NCBI GenBank assembly: GCA_963745025.1
Contig: CAVUWD010000016.1
Coordinates: 992,001 to 1,056,000, forward strand
Reading direction: 5' to 3'
From: an uncultured delta proteobacterium
GTDB taxonomy: Bacteria > Desulfobacterota > Binatia > JACPRU01
Length of the DNA stretch: 64,000 nucleotides
The notes under the pieces are model-generated. The model did no database searches and was not told the DNA's origin. It worked only from the letters and a program-made list of their open reading frames with translations. Positions 39,111-48,779 of the stretch are shown here, piece by piece. Position 1 is the first letter of the stretch; each line of letters opens with the position of its first letter. Both the position numbers and the translations under genes were made by a program.

Positions 39111-39368
39111 GAGAGCGGGAGTCCACCCGGGCGAGCCTCCAATGTGGCGCGTAGCGGGCCTTACCTCACTCAGACCCGCGCTGACGGAAAGAGAGCCGCG
39201 CGAAACGCAGAAGGGTCGATCCCCGCCTCGCCGCGGCTGCGAACTCGAGCCAGGTATCCGCATCCCAGCCATTCGATGCCGAGACCGGTGGCATCGACCA
39301 TCGTACGCGTGACGGGCGTCAGCTCCGGGCCGATGCCGTCGCCTGGAAGGAGCGCGATCCGGTACCGC

Positions 39369-41288
39369 TCAGATATCGAGCTCGTCTACCCGGGGCGCTC
39401 GCTCCATGATGAGCTCGAAGCGCGGCTGCACGTCGCGGCCCATCAGGCGCTGGATCGTCTCGTCGGTCGCCGCGCGATCGGAAACCGTCACGCGCAGCAG
39501 TGTCCGCCGCTTCGGATCGAGCGTCGTCTGCTTGAGCGTCTGCGGATTCATCTCGCCGAGTCCCTTGAAACGCGTCACCGAGATCGACTTGCCGTCGGCT
39601 CGAGCGAGGAGCTTGTCCTTTTCCCCGTCGTCGAGCGCCCAGTGTGTCTCTCTTCCGATGTCCACGCGATAGAGCGGCGGCTGAGCGATGTAGACGTAGC
39701 CCGCCGTGATCAGCTCGGGCAGATGGCGGTAAAAGAACGTCAGCAGCAGCGTGCAGATGTGATTGCCGTCGGAGTCGGCGTCCATGAGGAGGCAGATCTT
39801 GCCGTAGCGGAGCTTGGCGACGTCGAACGTCTTGCCGGTCCCGCAGCCGAGCGCGGAGACCAGGTCCGAAAGCTCCTTGTTCGAGAGCACCTTCTCGGTC
39901 GATGCCTGCTCCGCATTCAACACCTTGCCGCGCAGCGGCAAGATCGCCTGGAAGGCGCGATCGCGCCCCTGCTTTGCCGATCCGCCCGCCGAGTCGCCCT
40001 CGACGATGAAGATCTCGCACTCGGTCGGGTCGGTCGACGAACAGTCGGCGAGCTTGCCGGGAAGATTCAGCCGATGCGACACCGCGCCCTTGCGAGCGAC
40101 CTGCTGCGCGGCGCGCGAGGCGCTGCGCGCCTTGGCGGCGAGCACGACGCGCGCCGCGATTGCATCGCCCACCGTGCGGTTGGCGAGCAGATAATTCTCG
40201 AGCGCGGTGCGCACCGCGCCGTCGACCACCGACTGCGTTTCGGGATTGTTCAGACGCTCCTTGGTCTGTCCCTGGAACTGCGGCGACGTCAAATAGCAGG
40301 AGAGGATCGCGACCATTCCCTCGCGCACGTCCTCCGGAGCGATCGTCAGGCCGCGCGGCACGAGGTTGTGGATCTCCAGATAGTTTCGCACGGCCTTGAC
40401 GACTGCCGATTTGAGCCCGTTCTCGTGCGTTCCCCCCGAGGTGGTCGGGATACTGTTCACGAACGAGAGAAACGTCTCGTCCGTGGCCTCGGTCCATGCC
40501 ATCACGCACTCGAGCTCGGGCAACCCTCTGCGCTCGGCCTCCTGCGTGCGCTCCGCGTAGAAGAGCTCGCCGCCGACGGGCTGCAGGCCCCGTTCGGCGA
40601 GCAGCTTGGCGAGGTAGGCGCGCACGCCCTCCTCGTAGTGATAGCTGTGGCTCTCGCCGTGGGCCTCGTCTTCGAAGACGACCGTCAGCCCGCGATGGAG
40701 GTACGCCTTGGCCTCGAGCCGCTCGGCGATCGTCTTGGCGTCGAACTGGACCTTCGGAAAGATTTCGCGGTCGGGGCGGAAGAAGATCGTCGTGCCGCTG
40801 CCGCGTGCCGCCCCGAGACGGCGGAGCTTGGTCTTGGCCTTGCCGCGCGAGAACGCCTGCTGCCATTCGCCACCGTCCCGCTTGACCGTGGCGATCATCT
40901 CCTCGGAGAGCGCCGTGACGACCGATGCACCGACGCCGTGGAGGCCGCCCGAGTGGAGGTAGCTCTTGGCCTCGAATTTGCCGCCGGCGTGGAGCGTCGT
41001 CAGGATCAGCTCGAGCGCCGGCTTGCGGTATTTCTCGTGAACGTCGACGGGAATGCCGCGCCCGTTGTCCGCGACCGTAGCCGATCCGCCGTCTTTGTGA
41101 ATGGTCACGGTGATGCGATCGGCGTAGCCGTTGATCGCCTCGTCGACCGAGTTGTCGACGATCTCCCAGAGGAGATGATGAAGACCGGCCGAGTCGACGC
41201 CGCCGATGTACATCCCGGGGCGCTTGCGCACCGGCTCGAGACCTTCGAGGACCGTGATGTCGGCCGCGGTGTACTTGGATTTGGCCAT
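39369..41288 (-). CDS. parE: Type IIA topoisomerase subunit B (topo IV-like)
   Basis: [45 protein letters not shown]; 639 aa; parE versus gyrB is tentative. Confidence 0.85.
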   Translation of the reverse strand: MAKSKYTAADITVLEGLEPVRKRPGMYIGGVDSAGLHHLLWEIVDNSVDEAINGYADRITVTIHKDGGSATVADNGRGIPVDVHEKYRKPALELILTTLHAGGKFEAKSYLHSGGLHGVGASVVTALSEEMIATVKRDGGEWQQAFSRGKAKTKLRRLGAARGSGTTIFFRPDREIFPKVQFDAKTIAERLEAKAYLHRGLTVVFEDEAHGESHSYHYEEGVRAYLAKLLAERGLQPVGGELFYAERTQEAERRGLPELECVMAWTEATDETFLSFVNSIPTTSGGTHENGLKSAVVKAVRNYLEIHNLVPRGLTIAPEDVREGMVAILSCYLTSPQFQGQTKERLNNPETQSVVDGAVRTALENYLLANRTVGDAIAARVVLAAKARSASRAAQQVARKGAVSHRLNLPGKLADCSSTDPTECEIFIVEGDSAGGSAKQGRDRAFQAILPLRGKVLNAEQASTEKVLSNKELSDLVSALGCGTGKTFDVAKLRYGKICLLMDADSDGNHICTLLLTFFYRHLPELITAGYVYIAQPPLYRVDIGRETHWALDDGEKDKLLARADGKSISVTRFKGLGEMNPQTLKQTTLDPKRRTLLRVTVSDRAATDETIQRLMGRDVQPRFELIMERAPRVDELDI

Positions 41289-41298
41289 CGTGGCTCTC

Positions 41299-41380
41299 GA
41301 CCACCGGCTACCGACTACCGCCTACCGCAGAAGACTTCGCGAAGTCTTTGCCGGTAGCCGGAAGCCGGTGGCCGGTGGTC
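41299..41380. repeat. Heptamer-arm hairpin element, copy 6 (most complete)
   Basis: Four heptamers per arm around the perfect palindrome AAGACTTCGCGAAGTCTT. Confidence 0.88.
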
Positions 41381-41381
41381 A

Positions 41382-43682
41382 TCATTCTACCCGGATTCCC
41401 GCGATCTGCCCGCGCTTGACGACCTTGAGTCCCTTGCCGGCACGTTTGCCCTCGGGGATGTCATCGATCGACAGCTTGCGCTCGGTACCCTCGGCCGTGG
41501 TGACGATCACGGTCTCGCCTTTCGCGGGCGCGAGCGCCCCGATGATGCGATCGTCGTCACCTCCCGGGCGCATCAGATAGACGCCCTTACCCGCCCCCGA
41601 GAGCTCGGGCACCTCCGCAAGCCCGAAACGCAGCATCTTGCCGTGCGCCGCGGCGCAGACGACTTGCTTGCCGCGAACCGCCGAGACCGATACCACCGCG
41701 TCGCCTTCGGAGACTCGCGCCACCTTCCGCCCGGCCCGGGTGGTTTCACTCAGGTCCGGCGTGAACCGGAAGCCGAATCCGCGGCCCGTGGCCACGAGGT
41801 AGCTTTCCCCTTCCTCAGCGGTCGGCGTGAAGAGCTCGCCCTGACCCTTGGCTGCCTCCGCCCTGCTCTTGTCCGCGCGAACGGCGAAGACCGTCGTCAG
41901 GCGCTCGTCGTCGCCGAGCTTGACGAGCGACTGGATCGGCTCGCCGTAACCCGTCGTCGCCGGCAGCTGGGTGACCGGCAGGACGTAGAGACCACCGAAG
42001 CTCGAGAAGAACACGATGCGGTCGCGCGTGCTCGCCGCAAGCGCTTGAAAGAGCGCATCGCCTTCACGGAGACGGGTCGAGGCAGGGTCCTTGAGCTCGC
42101 GAACCCGCTTCACCCAACCGTCGCGCGAGACGACGACCGTCGTCTCCTCGTGGACGATGTACGCTTCGGGGTCGTAGGCCAGCTCCTCGCCCTGGGCGAT
42201 CATCGTGCGGCGCTTGTCGCCGTAGTCGGCCTTCGCCCGCGCCAGCTCCTCGCGGATGATCGACCAGCGCCGCTTCGGCTTCTTCAAGAGATCCTCGATC
42301 TCGGCGAGCCGCTCGCGCTTCTCCTTTCGCTCCTTCTGGATCTTCGAGATCTCGAGCCGGGCCAGCTGATAGAGGCGGATCTCGAGGATCGCGTCCGCCT
42401 GCACCGCGTCGAGCTTGAAGGCCGCCATCAGTTTCGTCGCCGCATCGGCGCGCGATTCGGCGTTACGAATGATCTTGAGCGCACGGTCGAGGTCGGCGTG
42501 AATTTTCGCGAAGCCGTCGAGGATGTGCAGGCGCTCGTCCAGCTTCCGCTTCTCGTGATCGAGCCGGCGGGTCACCACCTCGAGGCGAAAGTCGAGGAAG
42601 TGGCGGCAGATCTCGGCGAGCGACAGTCGCGCCGGCTGTCCGACCAGTGGATTCGCCGTCGGCACGAGACACGTCAGGTTGACGTTGAACGTGGTCGACA
42701 GCTCGGTGTGCTTGTACAGGTACGCCATGACCGCTCCGGGCTCGACTGACGACCGTCAGTCGAGCCGTCGCTCTTCAGCTCGAGAACGACGCGAACGTCG
42801 TCGGTCGACTCGTCGCGCACGTCGATCACGTGCGGAAGCCTTCGCGACAGGACGTGCTCGGCGATCGATTCGACGAGCAGCGCCTTGTTCACGTTGTAGG
42901 GAACGGACGTGATCACGATCTGACGCTTGCCCCGCGGCAGGTTCTCGACTTTGTACTCGCCGCGCAGCCGAATCGCCCCCTGGCCGCTCTCGTAGAGCGC
43001 GCGCAGCTCGGCGCGGCTGTTGAGGATCTCGCCGCCCGTCGGGAAATCCGGCCCTTTGATGAGCTTGAGCAGCGCCTTGGTGTCCGCCTTCGGCTCGTCG
43101 ATCATCGCCACGAGCGCATCGACGAGCTCGCAGAGATTGTGCGGCGGGATGTTTGTGGCCATGCCGACCGCGATGCCGGTCGAGCCGTTCATCAGTAGCT
43201 GCGGCATCGCCGCGGGCAGCACCACCGGCTCTTCGCGCGTGGCGTCGTAGGTCGCCCGGAACGGGACCGTCTCGTTCTCGAGGTCCTCGAGCAGCTCGTC
43301 CGCCACCCGCGCCAGGCGCACCTCGGTGTAGCGCATCGCTGCGGCTCGGTCGCCGTCGAGCGAGCCGAAGTTGCCCTCGCCGTGAACCAGCGGATAGCGA
43401 AGCGCGAAGGGCTGCGCCATGCGCACCATCGCCTCGTACGCGGCCAGGTCGCCGTGCGGGTGATACTTGCCGAGCACCTCGCCGACGACGGCGGCCGACT
43501 TGCGCGGCTTCGAGCCCGGCGCGAGACCGAGGTTCTGATACATCGCGTAAAGGATCCGGCGCTGGACCGGCTTCAGCCCGTCGCGCACGTCGGGCAGCGC
43601 GCGCGAGGTGATGACGCGAGAGCGCATAGTTCAGGTAGCGCTCCTCGGCGGCTCGCTTGAGATCGGTGACGGACTCGGACAT
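41382..43682 (-). pseudogene. parC: Type IIA topoisomerase subunit A (topo IV-like), disrupted at ~43617 (+1) and ~42750
   Basis: YLNYALS|[40 protein letters not shown] spread over three ORF pieces; short CTD with no canonical GyrA-box; symbol tentative. Confidence 0.82.
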
Positions 43683-43775
43683 CGAGGCGGTGCCTGGCGG
43701 TCGCCGTTTACAGAGAAAGGGAACCTTTTTCTATACGCCGAGTTTTGCTAGCGTGAAAAGCAGGAGGACCAACGC

Positions 43776-44321
43776 ATGCGCGAGCTACCGCTCCTCCTCG
43801 TGTCTTCGATCATTTGCGGCGCGCTCCTCTTCCAGAGCAGCGCCTCGGGAGGCGATGCCATGTCCCTCAAGCTGAGAAGCGACGCATTCGAGGAAGGAAC
43901 GCTCATCCCCAAGAGCCACACCTGCGACGGCGCCGACCGTTCCCCGCCGCTTCACTGGGAAGGGGCGCCCGAGGCCGCCAAGGGCTTCGCCATCGTCGTC
44001 GACGATCCCGACGCGCCCTCCGGCAACTGGAATCACTGGCTCATCTACAACATCCCGCCTGCAGCCAAGGCACTCGCCGAAGGCGTACCGACGCGGGGCT
44101 CGCTCGGCGACGGCACGCGTCAGGGTACGAACGATTTTGGCAGGATCGGCTATGGCGGCCCGTGTCCTCCACGTGGCAGCAACCATCGCTACTACTTCAA
44201 AGTCCATGCGCTCTCCGCGCCGCTCGAGCTCGAGCCGGGCGCGAAACGCGACGCGGTTCTCAAGGCGCTGAAGCAGAAGACCCTCGCCGAAGGGCAGCTG
44301 ATGGGGCGGTATGGGAGATGA
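43776..44321 (+). CDS. YbhB/YbcL (PEBP/RKIP-like) protein
   Basis: SPPLHW, DPDAP, HW, GYGGPCPP, HRYYF. Confidence 0.93.
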   Translation: MRELPLLLVSSIICGALLFQSSASGGDAMSLKLRSDAFEEGTLIPKSHTCDGADRSPPLHWEGAPEAAKGFAIVVDDPDAPSGNWNHWLIYNIPPAAKALAEGVPTRGSLGDGTRQGTNDFGRIGYGGPCPPRGSNHRYYFKVHALSAPLELEPGAKRDAVLKALKQKTLAEGQLMGRYGR

Positions 44322-44380
44322 GAGGCTACGGGCTACAGGAAAAGCTCAAGGCGTCTTTGCCCGTAGCCTGTAGCCTCTCA
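44319..44380. repeat. Heptamer-arm hairpin element, copy 7, between convergent genes
   Basis: TGAGA GGCTACG GGCTACA GG...CC CGTAGCC TGTAGCC TCTCA. Confidence 0.85.
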
Positions 44381-44824
44381 CAACGGCCAAAACGAGATCG
44401 CCCGCCGATTCACCGATTCGCGGAGCTCGTCCCAGATCGCACGGTTGGCGCGCCGGGCCCAGCCTTCGTCGCGCGTCTCGACCAACGAGTGGAGCTCGAT
44501 GAGCAGCCCGCGCAACCGGTCATTCACCGCGTTCAAGTCGCTCACGTGAAGGCTCGTGTCCCGCTCGGCGGCGGCGGCCTCGAGCCGCGCGCGAAGCCCT
44601 GCGTCGAGTATCGAGGGCGCGGCGCTCCGAAAGATCCGGCGCATCGCTTCGTTCTCCTCGGCGCGAACGTGAGCCGCGCGATCGTACTCTTCGGCCGCCG
44701 CGACCATGAGGCCGGCGATCACCTCGACGTTGCTCCGCACGTAGCCATCTCCGACCGCCGGAGCGACCTCGGTCAAGAGATTCTCCATCATCGAACGGAG
44801 CACAAAATCGACCTCAGGCTTCAT
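44378..44824 (-). CDS. Helical hypothetical protein coupled to the phosphotransferase
   Basis: Starts MKPEVDF overlapping the upstream stop. Confidence 0.75.
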   Translation of the reverse strand: MKPEVDFVLRSMMENLLTEVAPAVGDGYVRSNVEVIAGLMVAAAEEYDRAAHVRAEENEAMRRIFRSAAPSILDAGLRARLEAAAAERDTSLHVSDLNAVNDRLRGLLIELHSLVETRDEGWARRANRAIWDELRESVNRRAISFWPL

Positions 44825-45854
44825 CGTCGAGTCCACCGGTCGGGGCCAGCCGCTCGACGAGCACACGATCGTGCACGGCGGTCGGGAACCAGCTCGCCAG
44901 CACCATGATGAGATCTCGGTTCCTGCCGTCGGCGTATTCTCGGCCGGATGAGATCCAGATCGCGAGGCCCTTCACCGAAGCGAAGATCTCCCACCAGCCG
45001 AGCGCACGCGCGTCGATCTCGATGCCGCTCGCCTGCTGCCAGATGGCCAGCGCCTGCTCGCGCGGGATCAGCTTGCCCGGACGCTCGCGGTCGGGCCAGC
45101 TCCACAGCGGATCGAGCGCCCATGCGAGGTCCTCGACCGCGTTGCCGAGGTGACACATCTCCCAGTCGAGGATGGCGCGGATGCGCCCCTCGGCGTCGAA
45201 CAGGAAGTTGCCCGTGCGGTAATCGCCGTGCACGATCGAGAGCCGCCGCGGAGGCGGAGGCGGATCGCGGCGGAGCCAGCGAATCGCCGCGCGCGCAATC
45301 GGCTGCGGGGTGAGCTCATCCTCGTCGATCACGCGCTCCCAATAGTCGAGCTCGCGCCGCCAGCAACTCTCGAGCGCGGGTGCCTCGAGCTGCGTCGCGA
45401 GATTCGCGGGATCGCTACGCGCGATCTCGCCGAGGATCCGCCACTTCTGCTCGCCGATGGTCTCGACATGGTCGACGTAGGGCGTCTGCGCGAGCAGCCG
45501 CCCGTCCGAAACGGCGTCGACGACTTGCTCCATGACGAAAAACGGCCGGTCGAGCCAGCGCGGGTCCGTCTCGAGGAAGAGCGGGCGCGGGACGGGCACC
45601 CGCGTGCCGTAAAACGCCTCATACGCGTGATACTCCGTCGCGCGGTCGGTCTCGATGAGACTGGACGGCGGGTCACGTCGCAGGATCAGTCGTTGCTCGC
45701 TTTCCCGGCCGCCTTCGATGGTGCGCACGGTCACGCGATACGTCTCGCGAGACGCGCCGCCGTGGATGCGCTCGAGGGTTTCGACTTCGACGCTCGACGC
45801 CTGCGGCCAGCGATGCTGGAGATAGGCGGCGAAGCGAGCGCCGAGATCACTCAT
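44814..45854 (-). CDS. Phosphotransferase family protein (APH/ACAD10-like)
   Basis: GGASRET, VPVP, HGDYRTGN, LDWE. Confidence 0.92.
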   Translation of the reverse strand: MSDLGARFAAYLQHRWPQASSVEVETLERIHGGASRETYRVTVRTIEGGRESEQRLILRRDPPSSLIETDRATEYHAYEAFYGTRVPVPRPLFLETDPRWLDRPFFVMEQVVDAVSDGRLLAQTPYVDHVETIGEQKWRILGEIARSDPANLATQLEAPALESCWRRELDYWERVIDEDELTPQPIARAAIRWLRRDPPPPPRRLSIVHGDYRTGNFLFDAEGRIRAILDWEMCHLGNAVEDLAWALDPLWSWPDRERPGKLIPREQALAIWQQASGIEIDARALGWWEIFASVKGLAIWISSGREYADGRNRDLIMVLASWFPTAVHDRVLVERLAPTGGLDDEA

Positions 45855-45864
45855 CCGTCGGCGC

Positions 45865-46968
45865 TCACCGTGCCCCGTCGAGGAGCTCACGGAGACCGGA
45901 GGGCTCATGCGGTCCGAGGATCAGCTGCTCGAGCACGCCGACTCCGTCTTTCGTTCGGCCGTTTTCGCGCAGGCGCGCACCGCAAAAGGCCTGGACGTGG
46001 AGGTGGAGCGGCTGGGTCTCGTCTACCGAAGCGAGCTCGTACACGTCGTAGCCGGTGCGGTCCTCGCCCGTGTAGACGCCGTGACCCCACTCGGGGTGAA
46101 AGTAACCGATACCGGACATCGAAAAACGGTACGATGGCTCGAGCTGGATCTCCACCTCGCTGCCGCTCTTGCGGCGAAGCCGCAGCTCCGCGCTCTTCGC
46201 ATGTCTCGTCCCCGGCTTGAAGACGATGCGCGAAGAAGACGACGCCATCGCTTCCGCATCGACGTCGCCGACACCGCCGAGAAACGCGCTCTGGTGCCAT
46301 GCCTCGCCGCTCTCGTCCTGATTCACGTCATAGAGAAAGACCGCGTCGTCGAAATTGAGCGGAGCCCAAAGCCAGTAGAACTGAGGTGCGGTGAGCGGCG
46401 CGTGCGGCTGTGGGTCCTGCGCGCCGATCTGGCGCACGCCCCAGGAGCGATCGCGGGTGCCGAGGAAGCGCTCGGGGCGGACTTCGACGCGAGCACCCCC
46501 GATCTCGATCCACCCCTCATAGTTGCCGTGCTGCGTCATCCGCGTGAGATCGAAGAACGTGCGCGGGCCAATGCGGCGCGCGTACCGGGGCTCCTCGATG
46601 GGGCGGGCGCGGGCGACGAACACGAGATCGGCGCGAACGCCGTTCGCGCGGTCGTCCACGCGCAGCCGCAGCGTCTGCAGCGGCTTCACGACCTCGACGG
46701 AGATCGGCCCCGCGTGCGTGTCCAGACGCTCCATGTGCAGGCAGCGCGAGGCGCGAACGTTGTGCTGCCGGCCCTCGTGGATGACCGAGAAGGCAGCATC
46801 GATGACGTTCAAATGCGGGTAGATGCCCATGGCGACCGCGAAGAAGTACTCGCCGTCGCGGGCATAGCCGTTGAAGAAATACCGATCGTAAAAATTCCGA
46901 TCGGTGCCGCAGTAGGCGATCGGCTCGGGCGTCTGGTGGATCGGGTAGTCGTCGGCTTTGGTGAGCAT
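45865..46968 (-). CDS. Conserved hypothetical beta-barrel protein (tocopherol-cyclase/AttH-like)
   Basis: DDYPIHQ, NFYDRYFF, GTRDRSWGVR. Confidence 0.75.
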   Translation of the reverse strand: MLTKADDYPIHQTPEPIAYCGTDRNFYDRYFFNGYARDGEYFFAVAMGIYPHLNVIDAAFSVIHEGRQHNVRASRCLHMERLDTHAGPISVEVVKPLQTLRLRVDDRANGVRADLVFVARARPIEEPRYARRIGPRTFFDLTRMTQHGNYEGWIEIGGARVEVRPERFLGTRDRSWGVRQIGAQDPQPHAPLTAPQFYWLWAPLNFDDAVFLYDVNQDESGEAWHQSAFLGGVGDVDAEAMASSSSRIVFKPGTRHAKSAELRLRRKSGSEVEIQLEPSYRFSMSGIGYFHPEWGHGVYTGEDRTGYDVYELASVDETQPLHLHVQAFCGARLRENGRTKDGVGVLEQLILGPHEPSGLRELLDGAR

Positions 46969-46973
46969 CTTCT

Positions 46974-47057
46974 CGGCTGTTGGCGATCGGCTGTCGGGCT
47001 TCGGCCTTCGGCAGAAGACTTCGCGGCGTCCTTGCCGAGGGCCGAAGCCCGATGCCG
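46974..47057. repeat. Heptamer-arm hairpin element, copy 8 (CGGCNNT arm variant)
   Basis: CGGCTGT..CGGGCTT CGGCCTT CGGCAGAAGACTTCGCGGCGTCCTTGCCG AGGGCCG AAGCCCG; core shared with copy 6. Confidence 0.75.
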
Positions 47058-47058
47058 G

Positions 47059-48147
47059 CTAATACACGATCACGCTCCGCGCGACCTCGCCCTTCTCCAT
47101 CGCATCGAGGGCGGCGTTGACGTCGGCGAGCTTGATCCGCCGCGAGATCAGCTCGTCGATCTTCAGCCGCTTCTGCATGTAGAGCTCGATCAGCCACGGC
47201 ATGTCGCGGTGCATGTTGGCCGATCCGTAGAGCGAGCCGACGATGGATTTCTCCTCGAGCGGGAACGACCAGCCCGGGACGCTGACTTCTTCGCCCATGC
47301 GCGGCACACCGACGATGACCGCCTTGCCGCCGCGCTTGAGCGCGCGGAACGCCTGTTGGATCGCCGACGGAATGCCGATGACCTCGAACGCGTAGTCCAC
47401 ACCGAGGCCCCCGGTCAGGCTCTTGATGGCGTCGACCGCATCGGCCTGCTTGCCGTTGACGATGTCCGTGGCGCCGAACTCCCGGGCGAGCTTGAGCTTC
47501 GAATCGACGAGATCGACCGCGATGATGCGCAACGCCCCGCAGAGCGCCGCTCCTTGAATCACGTTGAGCCCAACCCCGCCACAGCCGAAGACGGCGACCG
47601 TCTCGCCCGGGCGCACCTTCGCCGTGTTGACCACCGCGCCGACGCCGGTCATCACCCCGCAGCCCACCAGACAGGCGCGATCGAGCGGCACTTCTTCGGG
47701 AATCTTGATGCAGGCCGTGGCACGCACCACGGTCCGCTCGGCGAACGAAGCCACGCCCGCCATGCGCGTGATATCCGTACCGTCCTTCTCGAAGACCGCT
47801 TCCTGGCCGGCCATCGCGTTGCGGATGCCCGTGTCACAGAGGTGACCGCGGCCGGAGATGCAATAGTGGCACTTGCCGCAGTTCTCGACCCAGGAGAGAA
47901 CGACGTGATCGCCGGGTTGCAGATCCTTGACGCCTTTCCCAACCTCCTCGACGATTCCAGCACCCTCATGTCCGAGCACCACGGGCGGCGGGATCGGGAT
48001 CACCATCTTGACGACGGACAAATCCGAATGGCAGACGCCGCTGGCCGCGACCTTCACCACCACCTCGTCTTCGCGCGGAGCTTTGAGCTTCAGCGAATCG
48101 ATCTTCAGGGGCTCGTTGAATGCCCACATGACTGCGGCCTTGACCAT
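47059..48147 (-). CDS. Zn-dependent alcohol dehydrogenase
   Basis: CHSD, GHEGAG, CGKCHYC..C, GCGGVG. Confidence 0.93.
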   Translation of the reverse strand: MVKAAVMWAFNEPLKIDSLKLKAPREDEVVVKVAASGVCHSDLSVVKMVIPIPPPVVLGHEGAGIVEEVGKGVKDLQPGDHVVLSWVENCGKCHYCISGRGHLCDTGIRNAMAGQEAVFEKDGTDITRMAGVASFAERTVVRATACIKIPEEVPLDRACLVGCGVMTGVGAVVNTAKVRPGETVAVFGCGGVGLNVIQGAALCGALRIIAVDLVDSKLKLAREFGATDIVNGKQADAVDAIKSLTGGLGVDYAFEVIGIPSAIQQAFRALKRGGKAVIVGVPRMGEEVSVPGWSFPLEEKSIVGSLYGSANMHRDMPWLIELYMQKRLKIDELISRRIKLADVNAALDAMEKGEVARSVIVY

Positions 48148-48267
48148 GCTTCCCTCCGCTCGGTAACGATCCGACACGCGCTGCATCCCGGCCCAAGGAG
48201 ACGGACAAGCCTTCGTATGACGAACGCCTCGAACAGGCAACCGCCAGGTGGCCGGGGACAGTCTCGT

Positions 48268-48333
48268 GCTCACCATCGTGGACGATACGGTCGACTCCCT
48301 AAGAACATCGGGAAGGTGGTGTTGGTGCCCTGA
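48268..48333 (+). pseudogene. Possible 3' scar of an MDR/quinone oxidoreductase gene
   Basis: AH...KNIGKVVLVP* resembles a QOR C-terminus. Confidence 0.35.
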
Positions 48334-48779
48334 ATCTCTCTCCGATCTCGGCAACGATTCTCCGTGCGGTCATCGCCGCGCTCCGCCCGCGCGGCCACGG
48401 CTTCGATCAGCCGATCGACGAGGACGTGCTCGTCGAGATCGACCGCACCTTGCCCTACCTTCCCAGGCTCTCCCGCATCGGCTTGCCGCTCGGTCTTCGG
48501 GTCCTCGAGTGGGGGCCTCTTGTCTTCGCGGGTCAGCCGACGCGCCTCTCTCGCATGAACCGCGACAACGCACGCGCGTACTTGCAGGGATGGCTCGACA
48601 GCCGCCTCGGGTCGCGGCGCCTGCTCGTCCACGGGCTTCGGGCGCTCATCTTCGTGGCATTCTACCAGCATCCGACCGTGCTCGAAGCGATGGGCGTCCA
48701 CTGGGATCGGCGGCTCGTGGAAGCCGTCGGGGTCCGCGCCGACGCGCTCGACCGCGCCGCCTATGGCGATTCCCGCTGA
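48330..48779 (+). CDS. Small GMC-partner protein (gluconate 2-dehydrogenase subunit 3-like); start uncertain
   Basis: Frame is open from CTG 48330; LRALIFVAFYQHP...MG pattern; overlaps the GMC gene. Confidence 0.65.
   Translation: MNLSPISATILRAVIAALRPRGHGFDQPIDEDVLVEIDRTLPYLPRLSRIGLPLGLRVLEWGPLVFAGQPTRLSRMNRDNARAYLQGWLDSRLGSRRLLVHGLRALIFVAFYQHPTVLEAMGVHWDRRLVEAVGVRADALDRAAYGDSR

Noticed and set aside
48183-48240. GCATCCCG-N20-CTTCGTATG as another copy of the post-stop element
   Set aside because: Weak match with no upstream conserved block; fits a sigma70-like TTGCCT-N17-TACGAA promoter for the ADH gene better
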